Virus record (IMG/VR): IMGVR_UViG_3300033995_001164
Coordinates: 245,178 to 309,177 of that record
Reading direction: 5' to 3' (one strand)
DNA: 64,000 nucleotides
In this document: in pieces, positions 33,522-46,773 of the stretch
How positions within the stretch are numbered: position 1 is the stretch's first letter
How the letters are laid out: every line of letters starts with the position of its first letter
Made by a program: the position numbers and the translations under genes
Notes under the pieces: generated by a model
What the model was told of the DNA's origin: nothing
Database searches by the model: none
What the model saw: only the letters and a program-made list of their open reading frames with translations

Positions 33522-33949
33522 ATGGATAATTTAGTTAAAAAAGTGAGCCCCCTGAAGGAACTATTCCTTTTAAGGGGGCTCCCGTAATACCAGGAAGTGG
33601 TAAAACAACATTAGCAGAATCACTAGGTGGAGTTCATTACGAAGCCGATATGTTTTTTATTAATCCGGAGACTGGTGTATATGAGTTTGTTCCATCCAAC
33701 ATTAAACACGCCCACGAGTGGTGTAAAATTAATGTAAGATATGAGATGGCTCACGACACGGAAAGAATTGTTATTTCCAATACATTCACCCAAGAGTGGG
33801 AAATGACGGAATATAATGAGATGGCGGAATACTTCGGATATAGAGTTTACTCTTTAGTTGTTGAAAATAGACACGGGGGAGTCAATGAACACGGAGTTCC
33901 TGAAGATAAATTGGAAATAATGAAGAATCGTTTTGAAATTTCACTTTAA
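33522..33949 (+). CDS. P-loop (polynucleotide-kinase-like, AAA_33) protein interrupted inside Walker A; recoded gene or pseudogene
   Basis: 33522-33587 encodes ...LFLLRGLP*; the 33590 frame continues PGSGKTTLAESLGG..EADMFF..SNTFTQEWE..HGVPEDK. Confidence 0.75.
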
Positions 33950-33966
33950 TTCCATACTTTTGTAGT

Positions 33967-34326
33967 ATGAAATTATTTTTAGACGACAATAGAACCCCTT
34001 ATGATGTATTTAAGAACACAATTGACCCCATTTATGAGGAAAATGATACTTGGGTAGTTGTAAGGGATTTTTATCAGTTTATTAACCTTATTCAACGATT
34101 TGGTATCCCGAAACTAGTGTCCTTTGACCATGACTTATCTCAAAACCACTATTTAACTGAAAATCAATCAAATATTGACTATAAAATGTTAAATGGTAAC
34201 ACCGGTTATGATGCTGCTCAATGGTTAATTAATTATTGTGAGAATAAAGAGGTAAAATTACCCGAAATTAGGGTACATTCATTAAATTTAGAAGGAAAAC
34301 AGAATATTGAGGAATTATTTCTCTGA
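33967..34326 (+). CDS. cyclic-phosphate-processing Receiver-like domain protein
   Basis: LFLDDNR, SFDHDL, TGYDAAQWL, VHSLN. Confidence 0.75.
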   Translation: MKLFLDDNRTPYDVFKNTIDPIYEENDTWVVVRDFYQFINLIQRFGIPKLVSFDHDLSQNHYLTENQSNIDYKMLNGNTGYDAAQWLINYCENKEVKLPEIRVHSLNLEGKQNIEELFL

Positions 34327-34902
34327 AACAAAAGCCCTAATCTTAACTTTATCCCAATTTTTGAGGTCTTCACCGTTATCACCAAGTTTTAATGATGACA
34401 TAGTTCTATGCCAACCTTCAACTAATTCATATTTACCATTTTTATGTTTAATTACGATAATTGGTTCATTTTTACCTGTTGAAGAGGCTAATTCTCGTTG
34501 AATATCCATTCTTTCCTTATCATTAGGAACCATATAGGCATCAACATTCCCAAATTCTCTTTCAATAAAAGCATTTATCGTATTTTCGGTAAAATCTTCG
34601 GGATTTACTTGAATTATTTGTAGTTTCCATGGACCTTTCAGGTAATTATATAACATTTTTCCAAGAAATGGTATTGGGTCACCAAAAAATTGATTCATTA
34701 CATCGTGAAATACTTCTTTATTACCACATAAAATATTTGTAGTAAATTCTCTTAAAATATATTCAGGAGTTTTTGGGAATTCACGTTTAAGCCTATCGTA
34801 GAATTTCTTACATTGTGACGATTTTGGGTTTGAAATTGGTATTGAGGTCACTATTTCATTTAAATAGTTTTTTAGTATGTTCCTAATTTGTTCTTTCATC
34901 AT
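34315..34902 (-). CDS. ParB/Srx-like domain protein
   Basis: EPIIVI..KYELVEGWHRT. Confidence 0.65.
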   Translation of the reverse strand: MMKEQIRNILKNYLNEIVTSIPISNPKSSQCKKFYDRLKREFPKTPEYILREFTTNILCGNKEVFHDVMNQFFGDPIPFLGKMLYNYLKGPWKLQIIQVNPEDFTENTINAFIEREFGNVDAYMVPNDKERMDIQRELASSTGKNEPIIVIKHKNGKYELVEGWHRTMSSLKLGDNGEDLKNWDKVKIRAFVSEK

Positions 34903-37816
34903 TACATTATTGCTATCCCCACTTGAGAGGTAAATCCAAAATATGGAAGATATTGTTCTAAATCTTTTTCAATATCTTGTTTCTTTGGTTGGTTTTTCCA
35001 ACTCACCATTACAGTGGAATTAAACGGATGACCAATTTTAATGAAAATATTATATTTCCCTCCTGCGTATAAACTTTCACCGGCACCGGTAATTGTTTGG
35101 ATATCATCTAACTTAAACCAAATATCGTCTGAATATCGATGAGCAATCTCGAGACCTTTATCGGATTGTAGAAATTTCTCAAACATTTTGAGTGATTGGT
35201 TTACTTCTTCTCTTGTCATAAACGTATTATTTTAATGTATTATATTCTAAATAATCATCCATTATTTTAATAATTTTGGGTGTCATATTGGGAACATTAC
35301 TAATATCGTACCCAAAACTTCGTAAGTAGTTATCACCTGAATCATAAATGTCGTTATCATTCCCGTAATATACGGAGTTCAAACCAAAATTATTTATATC
35401 ATTAATTAATTCCTCGTAATACTCCAAAGCAATCTCATCAGATTCAAAATTATAATTCAAAACATCATTAACATATTCCAAATCATCGTATTCGTTTCTT
35501 AATCTATGTAATGAATATATTTCATAAAAAGTTGGATTACCTGTAATACCTTTTTTAATTGGTATTGGGTGTCTTTGAACAATCACCATAGATGTTCCCT
35601 GATGATGTTGTTCCCACTCATGGACATCTCTAATAATACACCATTGACAATATGTGGCGTATTTACGTAACGCTCGATGTGTTAATGGGATAACGACCAC
35701 AACGTCCTCATTTCTATATAACTCAATTCGTTCTTCTCTTGGAACTCTAACTTCCATTAACAACTTATTTTGTTTTTCTGTAATAATATATTTCATAATA
35801 ATAAATATGATGATGAACAAAAAACCCACCTGTCGGTGGGTTCTATTATTTTTCAGGATAATACTTTTTACCTTCAAATAAGATAAATTTGGTTCCAATG
35901 GTGTTTATCAAAGATTTGGATTCTTCCCAAATTTCTTCTTCACCCTCAAAAGGTTTTAATATAATCTTGTCTACTTCTACTAAAATTGTTCCTACAGTAT
36001 CTTTCATATGTAATTATAAACATTCTTATAGAATAATGAATGGTTGATTATCGAATTCCTCTCATAACTCTATTAGTTTGTTGTTTATAAGTTTCATTAA
36101 ACCATTGTAGTAATTCTTCTTTAAAATTCCCTATATAATTTTCTAATGACTCATATAAACTTGAATTGACATATAATCTAATACCTTCGTAAAGAGGTTT
36201 TGTTTCACCACCTTTCACATGATAAACCGGACCACCACTAACAACATGGAATAACACATCATTAGTTTTTGGGTTGAAAAATTTATATCCGTGGCCTAAA
36301 GTCATATTTCTAGTTTGTCTTTTTCTTAGTCTACCCATTTCAGGGAATTTTGTCTCCATGAAGGTTTGAACCAAATTTTTTCGTTGTTCAATTAATTTAC
36401 CATATTGAGATTCTGTTATAATATATTTCATATTTATTCCATCACCTTTTTAAGAACAGAATTTACATTTTCATTATAAGTTCTGTTAAACCACCCCATT
36501 AAATCATATTCAAAATTCATCCCGTATTTTTTAATATATGCGTATATTTTTGGGGATACATATAGACGAATAAACTCATCTGAGTCAGAAGCACCAACAC
36601 CCGATTCCCAACTTGGTACTGTTTTAAAAACAACTCTAAAATAAAGTTCATTATTTTCCGGATTAATATATCTACGATGTGGACCTGAAACTACATTATT
36701 ACTTCTTTCCATTTTTAAATCGTTAATCTTTGGGAATCGTTTTGTTAGATAAGATTCAAAATCATTATCTTTATCTTCCGTCAATCTTTTGAATTGAGAT
36801 TCTGTTATTACATATTTCATATTTATAAATAGATTTATAATGAAAAAACCCTCATTCGTGAGGGTTATTTTTTGGTTTGATTAAATTTTGGTTTTTCTGA
36901 TTTTTTTTCTTTCGGTAATTCAATCTCAGAACAAAGATTAGATTCCATTATAACCCCTAACGCTCTACGTAGATAATCGTCATACATTGAAGTATTATAA
37001 TAATTTGATAACTCTTCAACCAATTCTGCGAAATTTTCTTCTCTCATATTTATTTTTTTTTGTTATTATTAATTTACCAAAAAATTGGTGTTATTTCTTC
37101 TCTATTTTCTGTCAATTCTAAAATAAGTTCATGTTCCATCGTATATGTCATATATTCCCAATATATCCCACAAAAATCTGAAATTGTTTTTATATCCTCA
37201 AAAAATTCACTACCCCTACTAATTTCAAGTCTCCAAATACATTTGTTGTCCCGAATATATTGTGAATACGCAAAATTATTACTTTCTACGGTTAAAGATA
37301 ATCTTGACCTTTGTTTATATGACGGTACAAGACATTTTAAAATATATTCAAATTGTTCCCACTTATTCATATTTAAATGTTTTCAATCATTACAAATCCA
37401 ACAAGACCTTCAATGTATTTTACAATTTCTTCGTTCGTGCAGGAAATAAGGGGTTTGAATTCGATTGTATTTTCATCGTCATTTGTGAATGGAATAAATC
37501 TTAAATCTTCTAATGACTTTCTATTGTTTATTTCGATTCGGTCTTTTTCCATCGTCGGGTCCAAGATAACATCAATATTACTAATAAGTTTTTTTCTATG
37601 GTCATCATAAGAATCAGGATGTAATAATATCTCAAGGTCGGGATGAAGAATTATTGTATCAGCACCACCTCGTCTTGATGATTGATGTATTTTATTTGAT
37701 ATCAACATTATTTTACTAAGGAGAGTCTTATTCCACTCTCGTTGTGCGTACGGTGTTGGTTCCTCAACTCCCATCCACCCTCTTAAATCCCATTCTACAA
37801 TATGTGAGTTTTCCAT
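34902..37816 (-). CDS. seven small genes (34902-35219, 35227-35796, 36048-36431, 36434-36820, 36865-37047, 37074-37370, 37373-37816); three carry MKYIITE/MKYVITE leaders
   Basis: ORF track; 36048 and 36434 are tandem paralogues. Confidence 0.65.
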
Positions 37817-37891
37817 GAATTATCTTTTGGGTAAAGATATAAAATATTTTTCAAATAAAAAACCCTTCGAGGTGAAGGGTTATATTTTTTT

Positions 37892-39307
37892 TTAACATTC
37901 TGATTTTACTCTGTGGATTGCTGTCGAGACTTCGAACATATTATAAATCTCATCCCATGTATCATCAACTAAATCATCTGAATCATCTTGAGTGTGAGGT
38001 TCATTTTGATTAACCCAAATTCTAATTAAGTATTCATCGTTATTTACAAGTCGAACAACTTGTGCTTTACAAATAAGTTTATTTCCCGGAACTAATACAT
38101 TATCTAAATATTTTTGAATTAATTTAACTTTTCTCCCATCGTCATCGGTGTTAAGTTCACTCTCAATTACAATTGGTGTATTTTTTATTTTATGATATAA
38201 ATCCCAATTAATTATTGATTCATTTGTTTCTTTGTTCTTATCCAAAATAGAGTATAGTTTATGAATTTTTTTTATTAAATCATATGATGTTCGTTTAAAC
38301 ATTTTTTCTTCGTTTCTAAAGAAGTCATCAGTATTATCATATTTTTGAATTTTTTTAACGTAATTTCTAAATACTTCTTCTTTTTTACCTGAAAATCCCA
38401 TCATCTCCTCAAAAAAATTAGTGGTCAAATCTTGTTTTAATACGGTTCCTTTACCATTTACCAAATTAATCCTAAGTAAATCTAAAACAGTGTTAACTAA
38501 TTCTTCATTATCCTCCGGAATAATATCTATTCCACTTTGTTCTAATCTCTCTCGAATTATATTCACATGATTTAGTAATTCTTTTTTGAGTCCCTCATAT
38601 GTAAAACTATTAATCTCTTTTAATTTTTTATAAACTCGATTATTTTTTAAAAACACTAAAAATCCTTCTTTGTTAATACTACCTGATTTTAAATCCGCAG
38701 CAATTTCACTTGGTCTCACAATATTCTCAATTGAATGAATAAAATATAAATTATGTAAAAAGTCGTCAATTGGGTCAATACCAAATCTAATATTTTTATA
38801 AGCTTCATAATCAGCTCTTTGTGATGGATTTGATATCGGTTTTTTAAATTTATCATAAGAGTGCATTAACTCATGACTAAGAGAACTAATAGACATTTCT
38901 TTTTCGTTTTCGAGTTCCTGAACCACGGAATTTAAATCCCCATCTTCCGGAATAGCAACTGATACTGATAATTCAATTTTCTTTTTAGTTGGTTGGTGAA
39001 TTACTTTAAAGGTATTATTATCCAATCTCGATTTAAAGTTAAACGACATTCCCACAAGCGTTCCTTTATCTACTTGGTCTGTTCGTATAATTTCTAAGGT
39101 TAAATCGATTTTTTTAAATTTGTAATCTGATATTTGATAATCACCATTTAAACGAAAATGAAGTTTCTCATCGTCTTCACTTATCGAATTGAGAGACTTA
39201 AGTTCACTCATTAATTGACCGTAAACCAATTCAGCAGTTTCAACAATCCCTTCAGGAATGCCAACAGCCTCCCTTAATACTTTCTTTATGATTTTATTTA
39301 ATTCCAT
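37892..39307 (-). CDS. HExxH-containing protein, possibly virion-associated
   Basis: SHELMHSYD; GTATTTAT box upstream. Confidence 0.65.
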   Translation of the reverse strand: MELNKIIKKVLREAVGIPEGIVETAELVYGQLMSELKSLNSISEDDEKLHFRLNGDYQISDYKFKKIDLTLEIIRTDQVDKGTLVGMSFNFKSRLDNNTFKVIHQPTKKKIELSVSVAIPEDGDLNSVVQELENEKEMSISSLSHELMHSYDKFKKPISNPSQRADYEAYKNIRFGIDPIDDFLHNLYFIHSIENIVRPSEIAADLKSGSINKEGFLVFLKNNRVYKKLKEINSFTYEGLKKELLNHVNIIRERLEQSGIDIIPEDNEELVNTVLDLLRINLVNGKGTVLKQDLTTNFFEEMMGFSGKKEEVFRNYVKKIQKYDNTDDFFRNEEKMFKRTSYDLIKKIHKLYSILDKNKETNESIINWDLYHKIKNTPIVIESELNTDDDGRKVKLIQKYLDNVLVPGNKLICKAQVVRLVNNDEYLIRIWVNQNEPHTQDDSDDLVDDTWDEIYNMFEVSTAIHRVKSEC

Positions 39308-39327
39308 ATGTTATAAATACCAAGAAA

Positions 39328-42300
39328 TTAAATAACTTCCTTTACATTATATTTGTTACTAATCTTAAACCATTTTGAAATAAGATTGAAATAATTATTC
39401 TCAATAAATTTTGCGCCGAACCGTTTCCCTAATTCAAGTTTAACTTTATCCGAACTATAAATTGTTTCTGTCTTAATATCAAACAGAAAATAATTATTAG
39501 TCCAAGTTTGCTCCGCCTTATCGTATGTCATGTAGGGATAACCATATTTATCCTCAATCATTTTTACAATTTCTTTTTCAATTTTTGTCATCTAATATGA
39601 ATGAATTTATTTTTACTTGTCTAAACTCTCCTTTGGTTAACGTGCTATTAAATTGATATTCATCAGTTATTACATCATAAAACATTTTCCCTAAACTTCT
39701 TATCTCTTCAACAAGTAAATCTTCGGGGTCCGGGTTGGGATAAAATAAATTACCAAGTCTCCAAAATTCATTCCAATTATTATCTACTTTTTGTTTAAAA
39801 CATTTTTCAAGTTTTAACTTACTCATTATCAATTTAATTGTAAATAATGTTGAATATTCTTCAAAATCTCCAATATTAGGAGACGCTCCGATAATATAAG
39901 GGTATTCTTTACTTAAAATTTTAACCATCATATCTAACCCTTTTTGTTGGTCTTCAGTTAATCCCATTATTATTTATTTTTCACAAAGATATGGAATTGA
40001 ATTATTATTTACAAAAAAAAATAGGAAATAATGTGGTATTTATTATTATGGAACAAGAATTAAAAATCGTGCGTAAATTATTAGATAACTTCATACTTCC
40101 CAAATTTGAAGATGTTGTTGAATACGAATTAAAACATCGAAAAGACATTAACGGAGATAAAGTTCAAATTGAATTTTTAATGGACGGAACCGAACAAGAT
40201 ATTGAAGAGGAAATAGTTGAGGAATGTTATAACCTTTTAAAATATTATGATTTACCAAATCTCCGACTCGGTCTTAGATTTACAACCGATGGTGAGAATT
40301 TTTACGAATACAATTAAAAAAACCCTATCAATTATGATAAGGTTTTTTTATTAAAGTTCTTTTTTTAAACGACTAAGAATTTCATTGTTCTTATTCATTC
40401 TTTTTAAATCTTTTAGAGTGTTTGCTCTGTTCTTTTTTGGTTTCCCGGGTTTTCTTGATTTTGACATGATTAGTATTTGACAATAAATACCATTAAGGTA
40501 CAATTAATTCTCTACTTCCCATATCTTCATGAATCTCACGACAAATACTAATAATCTCTTTTGTATTGAGTCCCAAATAAGTAAATAGGTTAAACATTTT
40601 ATCGGAGGTACCCATAACACGAGAATAATAACCATATTCTCTATCTATTAAAAGTCTGATGGGTAATTTATCCATAAATTTGTTCCTCTCCGTGGGGTTC
40701 AATATTAACTGAATTTTATCGATGTTTCGGTATTTAATACCAATAATGGTGGCACTCTCCACTTCAAAAAAGGTTAAAAATAATTCTTTATTTGTCATAT
40801 CCAATTTCTTTACCGAATCTTTTGATAAACCAATCATGTATGACCCGATAATAATTACCAGGGCCAAACCAAGCAAATAAATCCGACTCAACATCAATAT
40901 ACCATCTTAATTCTTTTTCCAATATATTATAATCAAATAAATCATTAAGGATATAATCATTTCGTTTCTTAGTTAGAGATAAACTACCATACTTATCTTC
41001 CAAATATTTTTCTATTAAATCTATATTCATGGGACAAAGATAGAAAAAAAAATCCCACCGGCAATGGGTGGGATGAATATTTTTTTATTAATATTGTTGG
41101 GGGTCGTAAAAAAAAGTGTTTTCTAACCATTCATTTTTACCTAAAACATATTTTGATAAATTCTTAATTTTATCTTTTAATATGTTTTCGTCAGTTTTAT
41201 TAAGATTTAGTAAATCGTTATGTTTCATACCAATACCTACCCGATATACAATAAAATCACCAAGGTCAGATGGTTCTACTACAATATCTTTAATCTGAGG
41301 ATATTCATCCTTCAACATTGTAAGTAATAATTTTTTTAACGAAGTTTCAATCATATATATAAATACCGTTAATTGGATTAATCTTCATCAATTGTCAAGC
41401 AAAGTATTACAAATAGATATCCTAAAAATAATAATCTAAAAAACATTTTTGTTGGTCCATCTATTGGACTATCATTTCCTTTAGGAACACTCCAAGTCAC
41501 AAAAATAGTGCCTAAATAAAGAATTAGTAATAGAAACCCAATGATTAAGAACCCTCCAATAAAATTACGGATGTATCGATACATGAAAGTTTCCTTTATA
41601 TTTTCAAATGATATATTATCAAATGGGAACATTGAGGACGTTACCGATTCAAATACGGTTTTTACAGTTTTTTTACTGGTGTCAATCACTTTTTTTTCCT
41701 CAGGAGTCCATCCTTTTTTATAAGTCGCCATAGATTATTTTTTGACAAATATATGAAAAAGTTTTTATATAAAAAAATTCAATCAATATTTATCAGTATG
41801 ACAGTAGAAGAAGCAAAATATTATTTAAGTAATATGGGTTTATCATCTTGTTCCTGTGGATATGGTGGAGTTCAAGAGATGATTGAAGTTGCTATTCTAT
41901 TGAGAGATGGGGATAAAAAAACCCACCTTTAATGGGTGGGATTTAGATTATTTTTTCTTAGATTTTTCTTCCACTAATGGTTTTGAATCTCCAAGTTTTG
42001 AATTAATCAATTTAGAGAAATTCTCGGTCATGACTTTCATTCCTCCGGTGTGTTGTTCAAGGATACTATTTTTCTCCTCAGCAGATAAATTATTTAATAT
42101 GTGTTTCATTTGTTATTTTATTATAAGTATCTTGTTATAATGGAAAATATTTGCTCAGTGTCTGGTTATAATAGAAAATAAAGGACAATTATACTTAATT
42201 TTCTCTTTTTAGTGGAAAATATAGACTTATGAGAAACGCTCAATTCTAAATCGAATAACTTTTTGATTATATTTTTCATTAAACCATTTCATCACAAGAC

Positions 42301-44321
42301 CACTAATTATTCCTTCTTTTTCTATTCCAAATAAATCTATCATAGAATTAAAAAGTTTCTCAGTCATAATTAGATTCTCCGAATTTGGGCTGACAGAAAA
42401 AATAACGGTTATGTCGTCTTCAGATGGGACATATAATCTATATCCACCCATAACCGCACTTACCAAATTACCGTAATTATCACTCAACCAATTTTCAATT
42501 ATTGAGGTTAATCTACTTTCAGTTATAATGTATCTCATGATTCACAAGGTAATGGACTTACATAATGTCCAACAAACATATAAATTCCCAAATAATTGTT
42601 TATTTTTTCTTTAAGTTCCTTTGCATATTTACGAATTTTAGCGTTTTTTAAATCTTTTTCAATAGGGTTTTTAGTATACCAATCCTTATCGATAATTAAA
42701 TAACAATGAAAATTGTTATCTTCCTCGTCATATCCAACATCTAACTCACAAATACCTTCCATATCCATGGAATTATAGAATTTTCGCACCATTCTGATAA
42801 TGGAACCGGGGTTATTTGTCTGAATTGTGGAGAATTGAGACTCTGTTATAATATATTCCATAATTATTTATTTTTTAATGAATTATAAATTGGTGACCTC
42901 AATATGACTGTTGAATCAAATTTATCCGCGGCATATTCTTTACATATGTTTGCAAACTCTGAAGTAGTGAATCCTAACATATTCAATGCAGTATAAAAAT
43001 CCTTATTATTAAAATTTAATATTTGAGTAGAAGTATCGAATTTAAATGCGACATTACCATCCTCATTTTTATATTCAAATAAAACATTTGGTGACTCCAT
43101 GGTTACCGGTCTACGCATGTGTTTTTTATAATCGGAATATATCATATCAAAATATTTAAATACCAATCGTTTCTTTTTATTCATAATGATAAATACTTAA
43201 AAGGTTAAAAAGAGTAATTATAAAACCATCGAAACCGGTAATTGATACCGGTGTTCAAACCACTCACCCAAAAGTTCTCTAAATTCAGTTCTACCAACAC
43301 TAAACATCGAATAGATGTTATGTTGTAGTAATTCGTTATAAAAAATCTGATTACACTCTGTTGAATACCCGAAAGCGTCCGAAAGGTTATCGGGTTTAAG
43401 CCAATTTTTGTGTTCTACATCCTCACACAGTTCCCCGTAACAAAAAGTATCAAAATATTTAAATACCAAATTTTTCATCCAACAAAGATAATAAAAAAAC
43501 CCTACCGATTAGAGTAGGGTTGTTATTTTATTAAGTTAATATAGTAAAAATTAAAGAAACCAATAAACCCGAAAGAAATCCAACTAATACCCCAACAAAA
43601 AAACCATAATTTTTAGTCGGTTCCGGTATAATCTCAATAGTTTTTGGTTTATTATATTTCTTTCGATAGTAAGGTTTTTTCTTTTTAACCGGTTTAGGTT
43701 CAACATTTTCTTGTAATTTTACTCTTTGTTCAGGAAACACAGTTGGTATATCCCTTTTTTCTTTATCGAAGAGCTCATCTTCGATGTGTTTGCTTAATTT
43801 TCTTGTCATCATTTATTTTAATTTCTTTTTATTTTTCACATTTACACACACCATCACCACCTTTATCGGGGTCACATACACATTCCTGTTTTGGGGTTCC
43901 AGTTTTTAAAGTGTAATCGGGGAATAATGACATTATTGATTTAATCTCATCAACTTTACCCGCACTATCAAAAATTGTAATAGTTTTTTCTTCTTTATTA
44001 ATTTTATATTCCATAATATTTTTTTTTTATTTAACCAATAATGAATAGTCTATTAAATTCTTTATCGTGTATTGACATGTAATATTTTATAAAGTCTTTT
44101 AATGTTTCTTCATTTAAACCAAATAGTGAAACAAGATAATCTATCATTATTGAACTAACTCGTAGTTCACCATTAGGAATTAATCTCATTCTTGCGGCAT
44201 ATCCATCATACCAGACCCAATGATTATCATTGGTATATTCAATACTGTATTTGTCATCCAAGAGATTTGAAATTATCTTAAATAATCTTTCTTGTTGGGT
44301 TTCTGTTATTATTATCTTCAT
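39328..44321 (-). CDS. cluster of small accessory genes (39328, 39578, 40493, 40788, 41088, 41378, 41948-42109, 42227, 42535, 42864, 43218, 43531, 43829, 44031 on minus; 40048-40317 on plus)
   Basis: Many share a ~90-aa domain ending in 'FG/FS...WF...Y/F'; several have their own promoter and terminator. Confidence 0.6.
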
Positions 44322-44361
44322 TCCAATAAATATTCATGAATCGGAGTTTCCTTAGGTAGGT

Positions 44362-45315
44362 CTAATTAATTTTAACACCCTTCTCAAGTGTTTCCTCAAG
44401 ATAATCTATAAAAGCTTTTGTTCTATCTTCTTTACCGTGATAATAATTACCATAACCTATTAGTTCTCCACTTTGGTCTGGTAATGGTTTTATTTCTTTT
44501 ACACCATTCTCAATTATATCACCAATCCAATCAACAACGACCTCATTCAATTTTTTTGTTTTTTTAACTCCATTTTTAATCACACCATCAATTCTTCCTT
44601 TGTGTTGATATACATCATAGTAAGTTTCATTAACACCCTTGTCAATCACCTTATCAATTATGTCTTCTCCCACATATTGTCGTGGGTTAGAACTTTTAAC
44701 ACCATTTTCAAGTGCATCATCAATGTCTCCGGTATATTCACGAGATTCTAATTTTGAAGTCATTTTCACTCCATCTTGTATGACAATTTCAATAACACAA
44801 GAACCATCCATTTGTAATGATTTGTTGGTTAGTTTCACCCCTTTAGTTTTCTTCACACCATCTTGTATGATGTCATCAACCTCACCTTCAGTAATGTTCA
44901 TTTCCAAACAGGTTTCTTTTACTCCGCCTTTAATAACATTTTCAACCCAACTTGTATTATCTTCCGGGTTCCAACAAGTTTCTTTAATCCCATTCTCAAA
45001 AACCTCCATCAGATTATATGATGGTGTTTGAGATGGTGACGCGGTATTCTTAGAACCATTCATTACATTATCTTCTACCCATTTTGTGATGAGGTGTTGG
45101 TTTTGAACAACCTCCAATGAGGCATACCCAAAAAGATTTTTAAAGAAATTAAAATTATACCACAGGGTTTTACTTTCAGTTAATTCTATCACCCATTGTT
45201 TGGACTCCGTAAAGATTAACCAAGTGGAACCATTATGATTATATGTGTCAACACCTTGGACAGAAGAATTAATTAAGGTGTTTATTATTTTTCCCATAAT
45301 CTTTTTATTAGACAT
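44362..45315 (-). CDS. homologue of the 62683 family with about 9 degenerate ~22-aa C-terminal repeats
   Basis: N-terminal WLIF..KQWVIEL..LWYN domain, then [V/I]xxxxxxG[V/I]KxT plus ~10 variable residues. Confidence 0.75.
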   Translation of the reverse strand: MSNKKIMGKIINTLINSSVQGVDTYNHNGSTWLIFTESKQWVIELTESKTLWYNFNFFKNLFGYASLEVVQNQHLITKWVEDNVMNGSKNTASPSQTPSYNLMEVFENGIKETCWNPEDNTSWVENVIKGGVKETCLEMNITEGEVDDIIQDGVKKTKGVKLTNKSLQMDGSCVIEIVIQDGVKMTSKLESREYTGDIDDALENGVKSSNPRQYVGEDIIDKVIDKGVNETYYDVYQHKGRIDGVIKNGVKKTKKLNEVVVDWIGDIIENGVKEIKPLPDQSGELIGYGNYYHGKEDRTKAFIDYLEETLEKGVKIN

Positions 45316-46127
45316 TATTTTTAAATATATTTGGTTGAATCTCAGCATCTTCAAAAGATTCTGTGGATACAAACTCACTTTTCAAATAATTAATTACATG
45401 TTCCATCATCTCGTAATCTTTAAAATCTCCGTTTTTATGTCCAGCCTTCATTAATAAAGACATACCCGCAGCCAACATCATTGTTGATTCCTTAACAGAT
45501 AATGCCTCTTGGTCTTTTGGGAATCCAATGTCAAAGTAGTTTCTATCGTTTTCACGTCTCCACGTTACACCAATTGTTAATCCATCCATTTGTTTCTTTT
45601 TTATTTGACAAAGATACGAATATTATTTTATATTTCCAAAAAAGTATGAGCAATAAAAAACCCACTGATTTGTGATAGGATTAATAATCCAATAAGATTC
45701 TTTGTATTCATAGCACACAAATCCCTCAATGGAATTATTTAGAACTTTATTAATTAACTTTTTCAAACAGTTCAAAGAATTTATCCTTATTGTTTTTTTC
45801 AGGGGGGAATATAAATGACTGAACATGGAATGATACAAATCCCATCTCACTACCGTAAGTCATTTTAAAATAATCATTAATCTCCGTACTATATTCATGT
45901 TTACTTTTCTTCATTCCATTGTGGTTATCAAAATGGATGTCAACTCCAACCAAATATTTATATATCGGGGAGAAGTTTATTGGGTCATATATAATTTGTT
46001 CCCTATATCCTGTGGAAACAACATCAATAATCTCGGGGCACATCTTCAGTATGACAACCTTTAATGTATCGGGGACTTCAATTTTCTTATCGTTCGGGGA
46101 TGGAAATAAAGTATCTTCATTTTTCAT
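45308..46127 (-). CDS. three hypothetical proteins (45308-45589, 45623-45850, 45750-46127)
   Basis: ORF track. Confidence 0.5.
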
Positions 46128-46177
46128 ATACTACTTTTTTACAAAGATATAACAAAGATTCCACATAACCAAAAAAA

Positions 46178-46240
46178 GGGTTGGGATTCCATCGAACGAA
46201 GTGAGTGACCGGACGAAGTGAGTGACCGGACGAAGTGAGA
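46178..46240 (-). repeat. dispersed intergenic element, copy 1 of 5, with an internal 17-bp tandem repeat
   Basis: GGGATTCCATCGAACGAAGTGAG core; other copies at 48545-48585, 49996-50030, 50579-50620, 51362-51402. Confidence 0.9.
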
Positions 46241-46648
46241 CTACTCCCGCCCCCACCCATAATGAACCACCTCCCCATCAATATATTCCTTCCAAGTTTT
46301 ATTCCATGGACCGGAAAACAATACGGTCATACATCCGTTACTATTAGAAATCCGGTGATATGAATCCCGGGGAAAATAAACCAAGACTTTCTCCCTACGA
46401 ACAATACGATATTCTCCACTAACCTCATCATCCAAGATTTGTTCATCATACTCACCAAACAGTTTCACAGACCACGCATTAAAAGCGTGGGTATGAAACC
46501 GGTCCTGACTACCAAGAGATTTATGAAAATAAAAAAAGATGATGGAGAATAACCACTTACACTCAAAGACCACGAATTGACTAACGACCTGTTCCCCGAA
46601 CTCGAACTTATTGTATTTTAGAAATGAAATTGTTTTTGTTTTTACCAT
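46241..46648 (-). CDS. cupin-like protein
   Basis: RFHTHAFNAWS..GEYDE..YHRI. Confidence 0.6.
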   Translation of the reverse strand: MVKTKTISFLKYNKFEFGEQVVSQFVVFECKWLFSIIFFYFHKSLGSQDRFHTHAFNAWSVKLFGEYDEQILDDEVSGEYRIVRREKVLVYFPRDSYHRISNSNGCMTVLFSGPWNKTWKEYIDGEVVHYGWGRE

Positions 46649-46773
46649 AATGAATATACCTTATGGAATAAAAGTATAATTCTAATTTATGGTTATGTCA
46701 AATAAAAAACCCCAAATCTAATTAAAGAAATGGGGTATGTTTAAAAACATATTGGTAACATTTTTTTTTTGTG

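Noticed and set aside
33582-33592. Self-splicing intron in the kinase gene
   Set aside because: The interruption is only 8 nt, far too short for a group I or II intron.
46197-46240. CRISPR array in the CGAAGTGAGTGACCGGA repeats
   Set aside because: These are head-to-tail 17-bp tandem copies with no spacers.
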